64,000 bases of DNA from an uncultured Verrucomicrobiota bacterium (GTDB lineage Bacteria; Verrucomicrobiota; Kiritimatiellia; CAIQIC01; Lenti-01), in the NCBI GenBank assembly GCA_937860055.1, contig CALMBO010000014.1:25132-89131 (forward strand), in the 5' to 3' direction. The notes beneath the pieces were generated by a model that was not told the origin of the DNA, made no database searches, and saw nothing but the letters and a program-made list of their open reading frames with translations. Positions 55,667-64,000 of this stretch are shown piece after piece (the first letter of the stretch is position 1; each line of letters begins with the position of its first letter). The position numbers and the translations under genes are program-made.

Positions 55667-56656
55667 CTAGGCCCAGGGGTTTTTCCGGGCGGCGAGGCGG
55701 GCCGCCCAATCGAGGGCGGCGCGGGTGCTGGAGGGATCGGCGACGCCTTTCCCGGCGATATCGAAGGCGGTGCCGTGGTCGGGGGAGGTGCGGATGATGG
55801 GAAGGCCGAGCGTGAGATTCACGCCGCTTTCGAAGGAGAGCATCTTCATGGGGCCGAGGCCCTGGTCGTGGTACATGGCGACGACGGCGTCGTACATTCC
55901 GGCGAGGTGCTGGTGGAAGATGGCGTCGGCGGGAATGGGGCCGGCGACGTTCCAGCCGCGGCGGCGGCAGCGGGCGATGGCGGGGGCGATGACGGTCTGC
56001 TCCTCGGTGCCGAGGGCGCCGCCGTCGCCGGCGTGGGGATTGAGCCCGCAGATGCCGATGCGTGCGCGCCGGAAGCCCATCCAGGGCAGGGCGAGGGCGA
56101 GCATTTCGACGGCTTCGACGATGGAATCGACAGTGAGGGCGTCGGGAACCTTGCGCAGGGGCAGGTGGCGCGTGGCGAGGACGACGCGGATCCGGTTGCC
56201 GAAGAGCATCATGGCGTAGCGGCGGGTGCCCGTGAGGCGGGCGAGGAGCTCGGTGTGGCCCGGCTCGCGGATGCCGGCGAGATGGAAGGCCTCCTTGCTG
56301 ATGGGGGCGGTGACGATGGCGTCCAGGCGGCGGTTCTGCGCGGCGGCGGCGGCGGAGAGGATGTAGGCGTAGGCGGCGCGTGCGGCATCGGCGCGGACGT
56401 GGCCCGGACGGTAAAGGGGCGGCGGGGCCATGTCGGGATCCCAGGTGCAGCGGCGCGGAAGCGGGGGCTCGAGGGTCGGCACCTCGGGAGGAAGGGCGCG
56501 GCCGATCTGCCGGGCGGCGCGCTCCCAGACGGCGCGATGGCCGATGAGGACGATCCGGCGGCAGGCGGGCTGCGGTTGCAACGCGGCCCGGAGGGCGACT
56601 TCAGGGCCGATGCCGTTGGGGTCGCCGGCGGTGAGTCCGATGGCGAGGGTCTTCAT
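55667..56656 (-). CDS. pdxA: 4-hydroxythreonine-4-phosphate dehydrogenase PdxA
   Basis: LAIGLTAGDPNGIGPE N-terminus, HTELL and GLNPHAGDGG blocks of PdxA. Start at an internal Met of a longer artefactual ORF. Confidence 0.85.
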   Translation of the reverse strand: MKTLAIGLTAGDPNGIGPEVALRAALQPQPACRRIVLIGHRAVWERAARQIGRALPPEVPTLEPPLPRRCTWDPDMAPPPLYRPGHVRADAARAAYAYILSAAAAAQNRRLDAIVTAPISKEAFHLAGIREPGHTELLARLTGTRRYAMMLFGNRIRVVLATRHLPLRKVPDALTVDSIVEAVEMLALALPWMGFRRARIGICGLNPHAGDGGALGTEEQTVIAPAIARCRRRGWNVAGPIPADAIFHQHLAGMYDAVVAMYHDQGLGPMKMLSFESGVNLTLGLPIIRTSPDHGTAFDIAGKGVADPSSTRAALDWAARLAARKNPWA

Positions 56657-56664
56657 GCGCAGGC

Positions 56665-57642
56665 TCAGCTGAACAGATTGTGGGCGAAGACCTGGATGTA
56701 GTACTTGGAACGGAGGGAATCGATCCAGACCTTGTTGAGGCGCTCGAATTCGGCCTTGCGGATTTCCTTTTCGATCTGGGGGGCGACCTCGTTGAAGGGG
56801 CGCACGCGGGCCTCCTGGCGTTCGACGAGCTGGACGAGGTAGAGGTGGTCGCCGATCTCGACGGGCCCGGAAATGTCCCCCGGGGCGAGGCCCGCGATGG
56901 CGGCGCGAAGGGTCTCGTTGAGGCTGGCGGAGTCGATGAACTCGAGGTCGTCCTGGAGGGCGGCGCCCTCGGGGGCGGAGGTCTCGAAGGCCCCTTCGCC
57001 GGCCAGGAGGCGGCCGCGGTGGGCTTCTGCCTTTTCGCGGATGTCCTGGCGTTCCTTCTTCGTGTCGCCGCGGCCGAAATCGAGGGTGCGGAGGCGGACG
57101 CGCTCGGGGAGGGAATAGGCGTCGCGCCGGGCATCGTAGGCCTTCTGCATGTCGAGGGGGGTGATGAGGATCTTGGAGGAGACCTCCTTCTGCCGCATGA
57201 TCTGGACGATGAGCTGGTCCTTCATCTGCTTGCGCCATTCGGCGAAGGTGAGGCGCTCGGCGGCGAGGGCCTTGAGAAAGGCGGTGCGGTCGTTCTGGAA
57301 CTTGTCGTGGATGACGGAATTGACGTGGTCCTCGACCGCGCGGTCGGGGAGGGTGCCGCCCTGCATCTCGAAATCGAGGAGGATGAGCTCGGATTCGATG
57401 AGGTTGTCGCGGACGACATCGTACTCCTCGAGGATCTTCTGCTCGAGCTCGTTGCCGTCGTACTGGGTGGCGAGGCGTTCCTGGACGGGCTGGAGCACGG
57501 CCAGGACGTCGCCGACGGTGATGACCTTCCCGTTGACGATGGCGGCATAGCTGTCGAGGAGGATGCCGGAGGCCGGAAGGGCCTGCGCCAAGGACGTCGA
57601 GGCCGAGAGAATCAAGATCAACGGAAGGATGAACCGGTTCAT
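56665..57642 (-). CDS. surA: SurA-like periplasmic chaperone (SurA N-terminal domain family)
   Basis: Signal peptide (MNRFILPLILILSASTSLAQA) and a SurA N-domain-like sequence. Lies immediately upstream of pdxA, as in the surA-pdxA arrangement of other bacteria. Confidence 0.65.
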   Translation of the reverse strand: MNRFILPLILILSASTSLAQALPASGILLDSYAAIVNGKVITVGDVLAVLQPVQERLATQYDGNELEQKILEEYDVVRDNLIESELILLDFEMQGGTLPDRAVEDHVNSVIHDKFQNDRTAFLKALAAERLTFAEWRKQMKDQLIVQIMRQKEVSSKILITPLDMQKAYDARRDAYSLPERVRLRTLDFGRGDTKKERQDIREKAEAHRGRLLAGEGAFETSAPEGAALQDDLEFIDSASLNETLRAAIAGLAPGDISGPVEIGDHLYLVQLVERQEARVRPFNEVAPQIEKEIRKAEFERLNKVWIDSLRSKYYIQVFAHNLFS

Positions 57643-57743
57643 GCGGGGCATGATAGGACAAGGGGCCGCGCGGATGCAAGGATGCGGATTGAAAAGCGGC
57701 GGGGGATGCCGTAGGGTCGCGGTCGATGAGGACATGCGAGGTC

Positions 57744-58877
57744 ATGCGGGCGGCGTGGATCGGCCTGCTCGGGTGGGCGATGTGCGCACCGGGGCGGGAA
57801 ATCCCCGTCTATCGCGAGTACACCTTGCCCATTTCCTTCTACGACGAGGAGGGGATGCCGACGGCCGCGCCGGACCGGGAAGCGGTCCAATCGCTGCGGG
57901 ATTCGAAGGCGCAGGAAGCGTTAATGGGCAAGGAGGCGGTGCTGACGCTGACCCTGACGGGGGGGAGTTCCGTATTTGGGACGCCTGCGCCCGTGACCGG
58001 CAAGATGACGCCGATGACGGCCGGCGGAGAGGACAACCGCCGCCGCCAGAAGGGCGAATCGGGCCGGAACTGGCTGGCCAAGAGCCTGTCCCTGCCCAGC
58101 CTGGGGCAGACGTCGAGCAATGCGGCGGCCTCGGCGATTTCCGCCGGATCCTCGGAATCCAGCTGGGGCTGGCTGGCCGACGAGGTGGCGGAAGGAGGGG
58201 ACCGCCTGCTGGAGGAGGAAATCGATCCATTGGCCGCCCAGGAGGCCATGATTTCGGGAGGTGTTTCTCCGTATGAAACGGCGCGCGCCGCCGACCGGCC
58301 GGAGGGAGATCCGGTCCGCTCCTCCGCCATGCCTTCGGATCGGGACGGCCGGGAGCAGAAATCGTCGGATTCCCTCCTTGCCCGGAACGATTCCGCCGCC
58401 CGGGATCTGGTGGGCGAAGACCGGGCCGTGGCCGCCGGGAAGAGCTATCGAACGGCGCCGGCCATGGCGGAAATGAGCCAGACCCGCCAGATGATTTCCG
58501 AATGGTCCGCCGGCGCCCGTCCGGATCTTTCCTCCTGGAAGGAGGCCCTTGGGGGTGCGTCTGCGGAATCCGGCGGGGCCATGGCGGTTCCGGGCGGTTC
58601 GTCGGGATTGGATTTGTCTTCCCTTGCAGGTAAAACTTCCGACCGGGGCATGCTTGGCAACCGGTCTTCCGGCGATTGGGGATCAATGGCCGCGCCGGCG
58701 GTTTCCTCGTGGCAGGGGAATTGGAACGCATCGGCCGCGGCCAACGGAGAGGGAGGGCTCTCCTCGCGCTTCGCGGCCCCTTCCGATCCCGTTCCTCTGC
58801 CGGTGGTTCCGGCCTCCTCCCGCGAGGGGGGGCGGCCCCCGTTCTCCAGCGGGGGGTACAAGCCTGCCTGGTACTAG
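57744..58877 (+). CDS. hypothetical secreted Ser/Ala/Gly-rich low-complexity protein
   Basis: Signal-peptide-like N-terminus (MRAAWIGLLGWAMCAPG). Rest of the sequence is low complexity. May be spurious in GC-rich DNA. Confidence 0.3.
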   Translation: MRAAWIGLLGWAMCAPGREIPVYREYTLPISFYDEEGMPTAAPDREAVQSLRDSKAQEALMGKEAVLTLTLTGGSSVFGTPAPVTGKMTPMTAGGEDNRRRQKGESGRNWLAKSLSLPSLGQTSSNAAASAISAGSSESSWGWLADEVAEGGDRLLEEEIDPLAAQEAMISGGVSPYETARAADRPEGDPVRSSAMPSDRDGREQKSSDSLLARNDSAARDLVGEDRAVAAGKSYRTAPAMAEMSQTRQMISEWSAGARPDLSSWKEALGGASAESGGAMAVPGGSSGLDLSSLAGKTSDRGMLGNRSSGDWGSMAAPAVSSWQGNWNASAAANGEGGLSSRFAAPSDPVPLPVVPASSREGGRPPFSSGGYKPAWY

Positions 58878-59031
58878 GATTGCGGCGCCGAAAACCCGGT
58901 TTTTCGCAAAAATCCTCCATTTCCGGCCATCCGGGGCTTGACGGCCCTCCTTTTCCCGCTCACACTTCAAAGGTGGAAACCGATGCGCAAAATGGTTTTG
59001 GCGCCGCGGGTTCCGACCTGAGGAACGATGG

Positions 59032-59716
59032 CATGAAACAAACAGCCTGGGGATTGGTGATGGCCGCGGGGAAGGCCGAGCAGATCTCGTCGGAGATCGA
59101 GACGGCTTTTTTGTATCTGAACGACCGGCCCGTCCTGGCCTATTCCCTGGCGGCGTTCATGCAGTGCCCGGACATCGACGGCATCGTCGTGGTGGTCAGC
59201 CGCGAGCGGGCGGAGAGCGTGCTGGGAATGGTGCAGATGTTCGGATTTTCGAAGGTCCGGAAGATCGTGGTGGGCGGCGCGCGGCGGGCGGCCTCGATGG
59301 CCGCCGGCCTCGAGCACATCGCCGACGACGTCGAATGGATATGCGTGCACGATGCGTCGCGCCCGATGGTGAAGCCCGACCTGATCTCGGAAACGGTGAA
59401 GAGCGCGCGTCGCCATGGATCGGGCGTGGCCGCGATGGAGATTCCGGACGCGGTGGTGTCCGCGAAGAAGGGCGTGCTGGATTCGCGGCTGGACGCGGAA
59501 GGGCGGCTGTGGACGGTGGTTTCGCCGCAGACGTGGCCGCGCGCGGCACTGGCGAAGGCCTATCCGAAGGCAGCGAAGAGCCGGAAGAACTACGAGGACG
59601 ACCTGGAAGCCATGCTGGATGCGAAAATCGTTCCGCGGCTGGTGCCGACCTCCGCGATTTCGCTGCGCATCCGTTCGGCGGACGACCTCGCGCCGGTACT
59701 TGCGCTGATGAAGTGA
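59032..59716 (+). CDS. ispD: 2-C-methyl-D-erythritol 4-phosphate cytidylyltransferase IspD
   Basis: The GLVMAAGKAEQIS nucleotide-binding block aligns with the IspD AAG.G.R motif. Size (228 aa) and overall similarity fit IspD. Confidence 0.75.
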
Positions 59717-59865
59717 ACGCGCCCGCGGCGCGAATATTTTTCCGCAAAAAACAGTGGAATAGTATTGCATTTCCACGCCGTTTGACGCATAAACACGAAC
59801 CAGATTGGGAATCTGAACGGAAAAACCCATCTCGAAAAGAAACAGAAGAACAAGGAGTACTGGTT

Positions 59866-60153
59866 ATGGCGAAGGCGATGACGAAGAGTCAGATTGTGGC
59901 CGCGGTTGCGGAAAAGTCCGAGATCACGAAGAAGCAGGCTGGCATTGCGTTGGAAGCCCTCTCGGCTTTGGCGTACAAGAATGCGAAGAACGGTTTCACC
60001 GTTCCCGGCCTGGGCAAGCTCGTCCTGGTGAACCGCAAGGCTCGCATGGGCCGCAATCCCGCGACCGGCGAAGTGATCCAGATCAAGGCCAAGAAGGTCG
60101 TCAAGTTCCGCGTGGCCAAGGCTGCGAAGGACGCGATCCTCGGCGCCAAGTAA
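59866..60153 (+). CDS. hup: HU-family DNA-binding protein
   Basis: 95 aa. MTKSQIVAAVAEKSEITKKQA...GFTVPGLGKL...RMGRNPATGE..I.A. is the canonical HU/IHF fold sequence. Confidence 0.9.
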   Translation: MAKAMTKSQIVAAVAEKSEITKKQAGIALEALSALAYKNAKNGFTVPGLGKLVLVNRKARMGRNPATGEVIQIKAKKVVKFRVAKAAKDAILGAK

Positions 60154-60176
60154 TTCATCCATTCGGATGATCCCCC

Positions 60177-60212
60177 AAGCCGCGGCAAATTTGCCGCGGC
60201 TTTTTTTTGTTT
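60177..60212 (+). terminator. rho-independent terminator after the HU gene
   Basis: GCCGCGGCA aattt TGCCGCGGC perfect 9-bp stem followed by TTTTTTTTGTTTT. Confidence 0.75.
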
Positions 60213-60453
60213 TAGGCGGGAGAATGAGGGGATTCGGCTAGATCCTCCTCCGACAAAGGGGCAAGAGGCGCAACATGAAGCCGCAATGGGGGTTCTGCGC
60301 AATTTCCGAAAATTCTGGTCAATATGCCTTCCAGCGCCTTAATACCAATATAACATGATCGGAATTTTCTTTTAACTGTATATAGTTTGATGATAAGGGG
60401 ATAGGCGGATAGCATGGGACTCTCAGGAAAGAAGCGTTTTTCTTTCCATAATT

Positions 60454-63400
60454 ATGGAGAGTCGACAAGCCAGCCGAAATGGGTTTTCCCGCCTAGCCTT
60501 GCTCTGTATTTACACAGGCTGGGCGGCGGCAGGGTTGCCGTCCGCCTTTGCGCAGGCTTCGTTGCGGATCGAGGTCATTGCCGCATACAACCTGGTGGTG
60601 GATTCGAACGTGGAGTCGCCCTCGACCTACGCGCCGCGCGCGGCGTATCTGGGCGCGACCTACCACAACGACGGGACGAATCCGTTGACGGACGTGTGGG
60701 CGTACATCGGGGATTACACGGCCGGCACGCCGGGAACCTATCCAAGCCGGGCGCATCCGCCACTGGACGGCCCGCTGCCGGGCGATGAATTCGCGCTGAC
60801 GCACGAGGGCGGGGCGCTGGGGACGGCGGACGCGACGCGGTATCTGGGGACGATTGACCCCGGCGAAAGCGTGACGGTCTACTGGCTGGTGAGCTATCCG
60901 AACGTCGACGACAACGGCGACGCGGTGTGGGGGCCGAGCGTGAAGCCGGACGACGACCTGTGGCTGGAATACGACGTGTGGGGCACCGCGCGGGACGGGG
61001 CGGCGCCGCTGGAGGCGGTTGAATCGCGCACGGTGACGATGCGCAACGAGATTTCGGCGATGGCCAACAAGATCTTCCCGAACGGCGCCAACAAGGTGCC
61101 GGACGAGTACAAGGCGCTGCTGGAAATCTACACGCCGTCCTGGACGAACACGGCGGAGGACGGCACGCCGGGCACGCTGATCTCGACCGAAGGCATCTGG
61201 TACGATCTTGGCAACGTGGGGGCGGGGTTCGACAACAACGGCGACCTGATTCCCGACCGCAACGCGTGGCTGCAGCCGGTGGGCGACGCGGACCTGTTCG
61301 ACCCGTCCTGCTTCCGCCTGGTCCACACCTATGCGCTGGTGATCGTGAAGCTCAACGACGGGACGGAACGGATCTACAACGTGGAGGACCAGCTCTACTT
61401 CGAGAACATTCCCGAAAACAACAACGGGGCCGTCGGGTACGTCCGCTACGAGTTCCTGAGCCTGCGCGGAGGCTGCTCCAGCACGCTGACCCCGTACCAG
61501 GAAGTGGCGTCGGGCGACGACAACGAGAAATTCAACGGCGACTACGGGGCGACGCTGGGGCAGGGGCTGTCGAGCGGCACGACGGCGGTGCAGATCGCCA
61601 AGTCGGCGAGTCCCGCCTCGACGGTGGCCGGAGGCACGGTCAATTATGCGATCGGTTTCACCAACGCCGGGACAGTGGCGGTGGGGCATCCGGAGATCTT
61701 CCTTCCGCTGGTGGTGCAGGATTCCATCCCGACGGGAACGGTCTACGTGGCAGGCAGCGCCACCAACGCCAACGTCCTGCCGGCGGGCGTGACGAACTAC
61801 ACCGTGTACTATTCGACGAACCACGGCGGAAGCTGGACGACGACGGAACCGGCGGCGGCAGCGAATGTGACCGACCTGCAGTGGTGGCTGAGCGGCTCCT
61901 TCGAGCCGGGAACGACCGGTCTGGTGGGCTTTGCGGTCGCGGTGGATTCGCCCTACACGAACGCCAGTCCCGTCGTGCCGAACGTGGCGGGGCTGAGCCT
62001 GGGCGGCGCGATCCCGTTCCTGACCGACGAAGCCAGCACGCTGGTGCAGGGCGTCAACGCGCTGGGCGACACGGTCTGGCGCGACGATGGCACGGGAGGC
62101 GGATGGCTGGGCAACCAGGCGCAGGATGGGTCCGAGGCGGGCCTCGCGGGCGTCGCCGTGCGGCTCTACTACGACCTCGACACCAACGGCGTGGTCGACG
62201 GGGCCGACTTCCTCCTGGCCTTGACCAACACGGATGCGGCCGGCACCTACGTTTTCACCAACCTGCCGGACGGCCAGTATGTCGTGCAGGTGGAGGCTTT
62301 GGACGCGGATATCCCCTTCGGCTTCACGCCCACCACGCCCACGAACTGCTCCCTCGCGCTCGATGCGGCCCGGACGAACGCCAATGCCGTGACGAATCTG
62401 ACGGCGGACTTCGGCTTCGCGCCGGCCCTGACGCTGACCAAGGCGCTGGCGAGCACCAACGCCTTCCGCGAGGGACAGTACGCGACCTATACCCTGACCG
62501 TTTCCAACAGCCTCCCCGGCGATGGCAGCGGGAACGGTTCGCCGGCCAGCTACTACGCCTGGGCCACCAGCGGCGTGGCCGGCGCGACGGAATGGATCAA
62601 CTACCCTGCGGTGTATACGCCGCCGGGGCCCGACGGCATCCACGCCTCCAACAAGTTTTCCGCCGCCTCGAAGACCTTCGTCCTGTCGAACTTCCCCGTC
62701 GGCGTGCAGGTGGGCGGAATATCCAACGTGTCGCTGCTGCTGCCCATCGTGACGTCGCCGAACCTCACGCCCTCCGGCACGCTGCAGGTCGATGTCCAGC
62801 GCCGTTCGCCGGCGGCGACGATGTATTCGTCGGTCTACAGCATCACCAGCCTGGTCAGCGGCACGTGGACGATCCCGATGACGGGTACGTTCGCCTGGAC
62901 GTGGGCGGATTTCGCCACGAACTACACGGTGACGCTGACGGCGAACAAGGGCGGCGGCGCGGCCGGAACCGGCTATCTGCAGCTGGACGCCGTCGGGTTC
63001 AAGATCCTGGGCACCGAACTGACGGGCGAAGCGAGCGGCACCACGACGCTGGACCCGGTGCCGCTGACGGATCAATACGATGCGGATCTGATGCAGTATG
63101 TCGGCGCGGTGCCGGCCCCCGCCTCCGCGACCACCAACGGGACGGCCCCCGATTCGGTGGGAAGCCTTTACTGGGGCGACATCGGGCCCATCTATCCCGG
63201 CGGCACCTCGACGGTGGCGGTGACCTTCAAGCTGCTGGAGCCGCCGAACAGCGCCGAAACGGAGTCGGCGAACACGGTCTGGACGACGAACGCCCAGATC
63301 CAGGCCGGATTGCCCGTCAACGCGGCGACGAGCACCGCCACGGAGATCCTGCTTCCGGCGGCCACGCTGGGCAACTACGTGTGGCGCGACCTGAACGGCG

Positions 63401-64000
63401 ATGGAGTCCAGAACGAAACCAACATGGGCATCGCCAGCGTGGCGGTGTCCCTCACGCCGCCGGCGGGCATCGACCTCGGTTCCGGCGCGGGAGTGCCGGT
63501 CACGAATTGGACGGATGCGGCGGGCTACTACCTGTTCGAGTCGATTCCCGCGACGGGCGTCTACACGGTGCGGGTGGTGGCGGCGACGCTGCCGGGCGGC
63601 GCGGGCGCCAGCACCTACGACGAATCCGGCGCCTACGACGGCGTCGCGGCCGTCTATCTGGATCCCGCCGCCGCGCCGGGCCACACCAACAACGTGCACC
63701 TGACGGCGGACTTCGGCTACCAGACGCAGACGACCATCGAAGGCACGATCTGGCACGACTGGGACCGGGGCGCCGAGACCAACCGCGAATCCGGCGAGGA
63801 TTGGCTGACGAACGTGGTCGTCTATCTGTGCGCAAGCCCGTCGCCATGCGGTCCGGGGGCATCCCTCGCCACGAACGCGACGGCGACCAACGGCAGTTTC
63901 CGCTTCGTGGGTAGCTACACGGGCGCCTACACCATCCTGGTGGCGACCAACACGGGCATGATGACCAACCGCGCCTGGAACCTGTCGTGGGACACCGACG
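60454..64000 (+). CDS. giant secreted adhesin-like protein (signal peptide, DUF11 conserved-repeat domain, multiple SdrD-B / Cna-B-type repeats), 3'-truncated by window edge
   Basis: Reading frame +1 is open from the ATG at 60454 to the window end. The six-frame track does not list it because no stop lies inside the window. Signal peptide (LALLCIYTGWAAAGLPSAFAQA). DUF11 block (QIAKSASPASTVAGGTVNYAIGFTNAG). Repeats of GDTVWRDDGTGGG...YVF.NLP.G.Y.V.V. Confidence 0.75.
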   Translation, partial: MESRQASRNGFSRLALLCIYTGWAAAGLPSAFAQASLRIEVIAAYNLVVDSNVESPSTYAPRAAYLGATYHNDGTNPLTDVWAYIGDYTAGTPGTYPSRAHPPLDGPLPGDEFALTHEGGALGTADATRYLGTIDPGESVTVYWLVSYPNVDDNGDAVWGPSVKPDDDLWLEYDVWGTARDGAAPLEAVESRTVTMRNEISAMANKIFPNGANKVPDEYKALLEIYTPSWTNTAEDGTPGTLISTEGIWYDLGNVGAGFDNNGDLIPDRNAWLQPVGDADLFDPSCFRLVHTYALVIVKLNDGTERIYNVEDQLYFENIPENNNGAVGYVRYEFLSLRGGCSSTLTPYQEVASGDDNEKFNGDYGATLGQGLSSGTTAVQIAKSASPASTVAGGTVNYAIGFTNAGTVAVGHPEIFLPLVVQDSIPTGTVYVAGSATNANVLPAGVTNYTVYYSTNHGGSWTTTEPAAAANVTDLQWWLSGSFEPGTTGLVGFAVAVDSPYTNASPVVPNVAGLSLGGAIPFLTDEASTLVQGVNALGDTVWRDDGTGGGWLGNQAQDGSEAGLAGVAVRLYYDLDTNGVVDGADFLLALTNTDAAGTYVFTNLPDGQYVVQVEALDADIPFGFTPTTPTNCSLALDAARTNANAVTNLTADFGFAPALTLTKALASTNAFREGQYATYTLTVSNSLPGDGSGNGSPASYYAWATSGVAGATEWINYPAVYTPPGPDGIHASNKFSAASKTFVLSNFPVGVQVGGISNVSLLLPIVTSPNLTPSGTLQVDVQRRSPAATMYSSVYSITSLVSGTWTIPMTGTFAWTWADFATNYTVTLTANKGGGAAGTGYLQLDAVGFKILGTELTGEASGTTTLDPVPLTDQYDADLMQYVGAVPAPASATTNGTAPDSVGSLYWGDIGPIYPGGTSTVAVTFKLLEPPNSAETESANTVWTTNAQIQAGLPVNAATSTATEILLPAATLGNYVWRDLNGDGVQNETNMGIASVAVSLTPPAGIDLGSGAGVPVTNWTDAAGYYLFESIPATGVYTVRVVAATLPGGAGASTYDESGAYDGVAAVYLDPAAAPGHTNNVHLTADFGYQTQTTIEGTIWHDWDRGAETNRESGEDWLTNVVVYLCASPSPCGPGASLATNATATNGSFRFVGSYTGAYTILVATNTGMMTNRAWNLSWDTD

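Noticed and set aside
56657-57745. N-terminal 360 aa of the 692-aa minus-strand ORF 55667-57745
   Set aside because: Arg-rich extension running antisense or off-frame across surA. PdxA homology begins at the internal Met at 56656.
60493-63914. 1087-aa minus-strand and 882-aa plus-strand (frame 3) ORFs
   Set aside because: Both are Arg/Gly-rich artefacts. The coherent protein is in frame +1 (adhesin, 60454 onward).
1-64000. CRISPR arrays, rRNA and tRNA genes
   Set aside because: I found no regularly spaced direct repeats, no rRNA-like stretches and no convincing cloverleaf-like sequence by eye. The insertion target is a protein gene (comM), consistent with a serine-recombinase element rather than a tRNA-targeting tyrosine integrase.

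Overview
The window has two parts with different base composition. Bases 1 to about 19350 (roughly 50-57% GC) are the right-hand portion of an integrated mobile element whose left end lies outside the window. It ends with a large serine recombinase gene about 100 bp from a 5'-truncated comM (ComM/YifB Mg-chelatase-like ATPase) gene, so the element appears to have inserted into comM. Its cargo includes an RNase HI, a ribbon-helix-helix regulator with an AEP-type primase-polymerase lacking a helicase, a Dam-like N6-adenine methyltransferase, a SplB-like radical SAM protein, two tandem paralogue pairs of unrecognised families, and many hypothetical proteins. I could not recognise a known defence system or any conjugation or phage structural genes in it. 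From about 19350 to 64000 the DNA is very GC-rich host chromosome (roughly 65-70% GC), possibly a PVC-group or Verrucomicrobia-like anaerobe; this is a guess. It encodes a KTSC-domain coiled-coil protein, a DUF1844 protein, a GT2 plus UbiA polyprenyl-phosphate pair, a PLP enzyme plus a YgeY-type M20 hydrolase, and two eukaryotic-like Ser/Thr kinases. It also carries two hydrogenase operons: an NAD-linked [NiFe] hoxFUYH-hoxW, and a trimeric [FeFe] HydC-HydB-HydA in which HydB is fused to a GltD-like domain and HydA has an unusual TSCSPGW H-cluster motif. Each hydrogenase operon is preceded by a near-identical CBS-domain gene. The rest comprises a hybrid sensor kinase, a FIST / multi-PAS / histidine kinase / receiver operon, tsaE, pdxA-surA, ispD, an HU gene with a clear terminator, and the 5' part of a giant DUF11/SdrD-repeat adhesin that runs off the window. 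Many long ORFs in the GC-rich part of the six-frame track are antisense or off-frame artefacts. I saw no CRISPR array, rRNA or tRNA.
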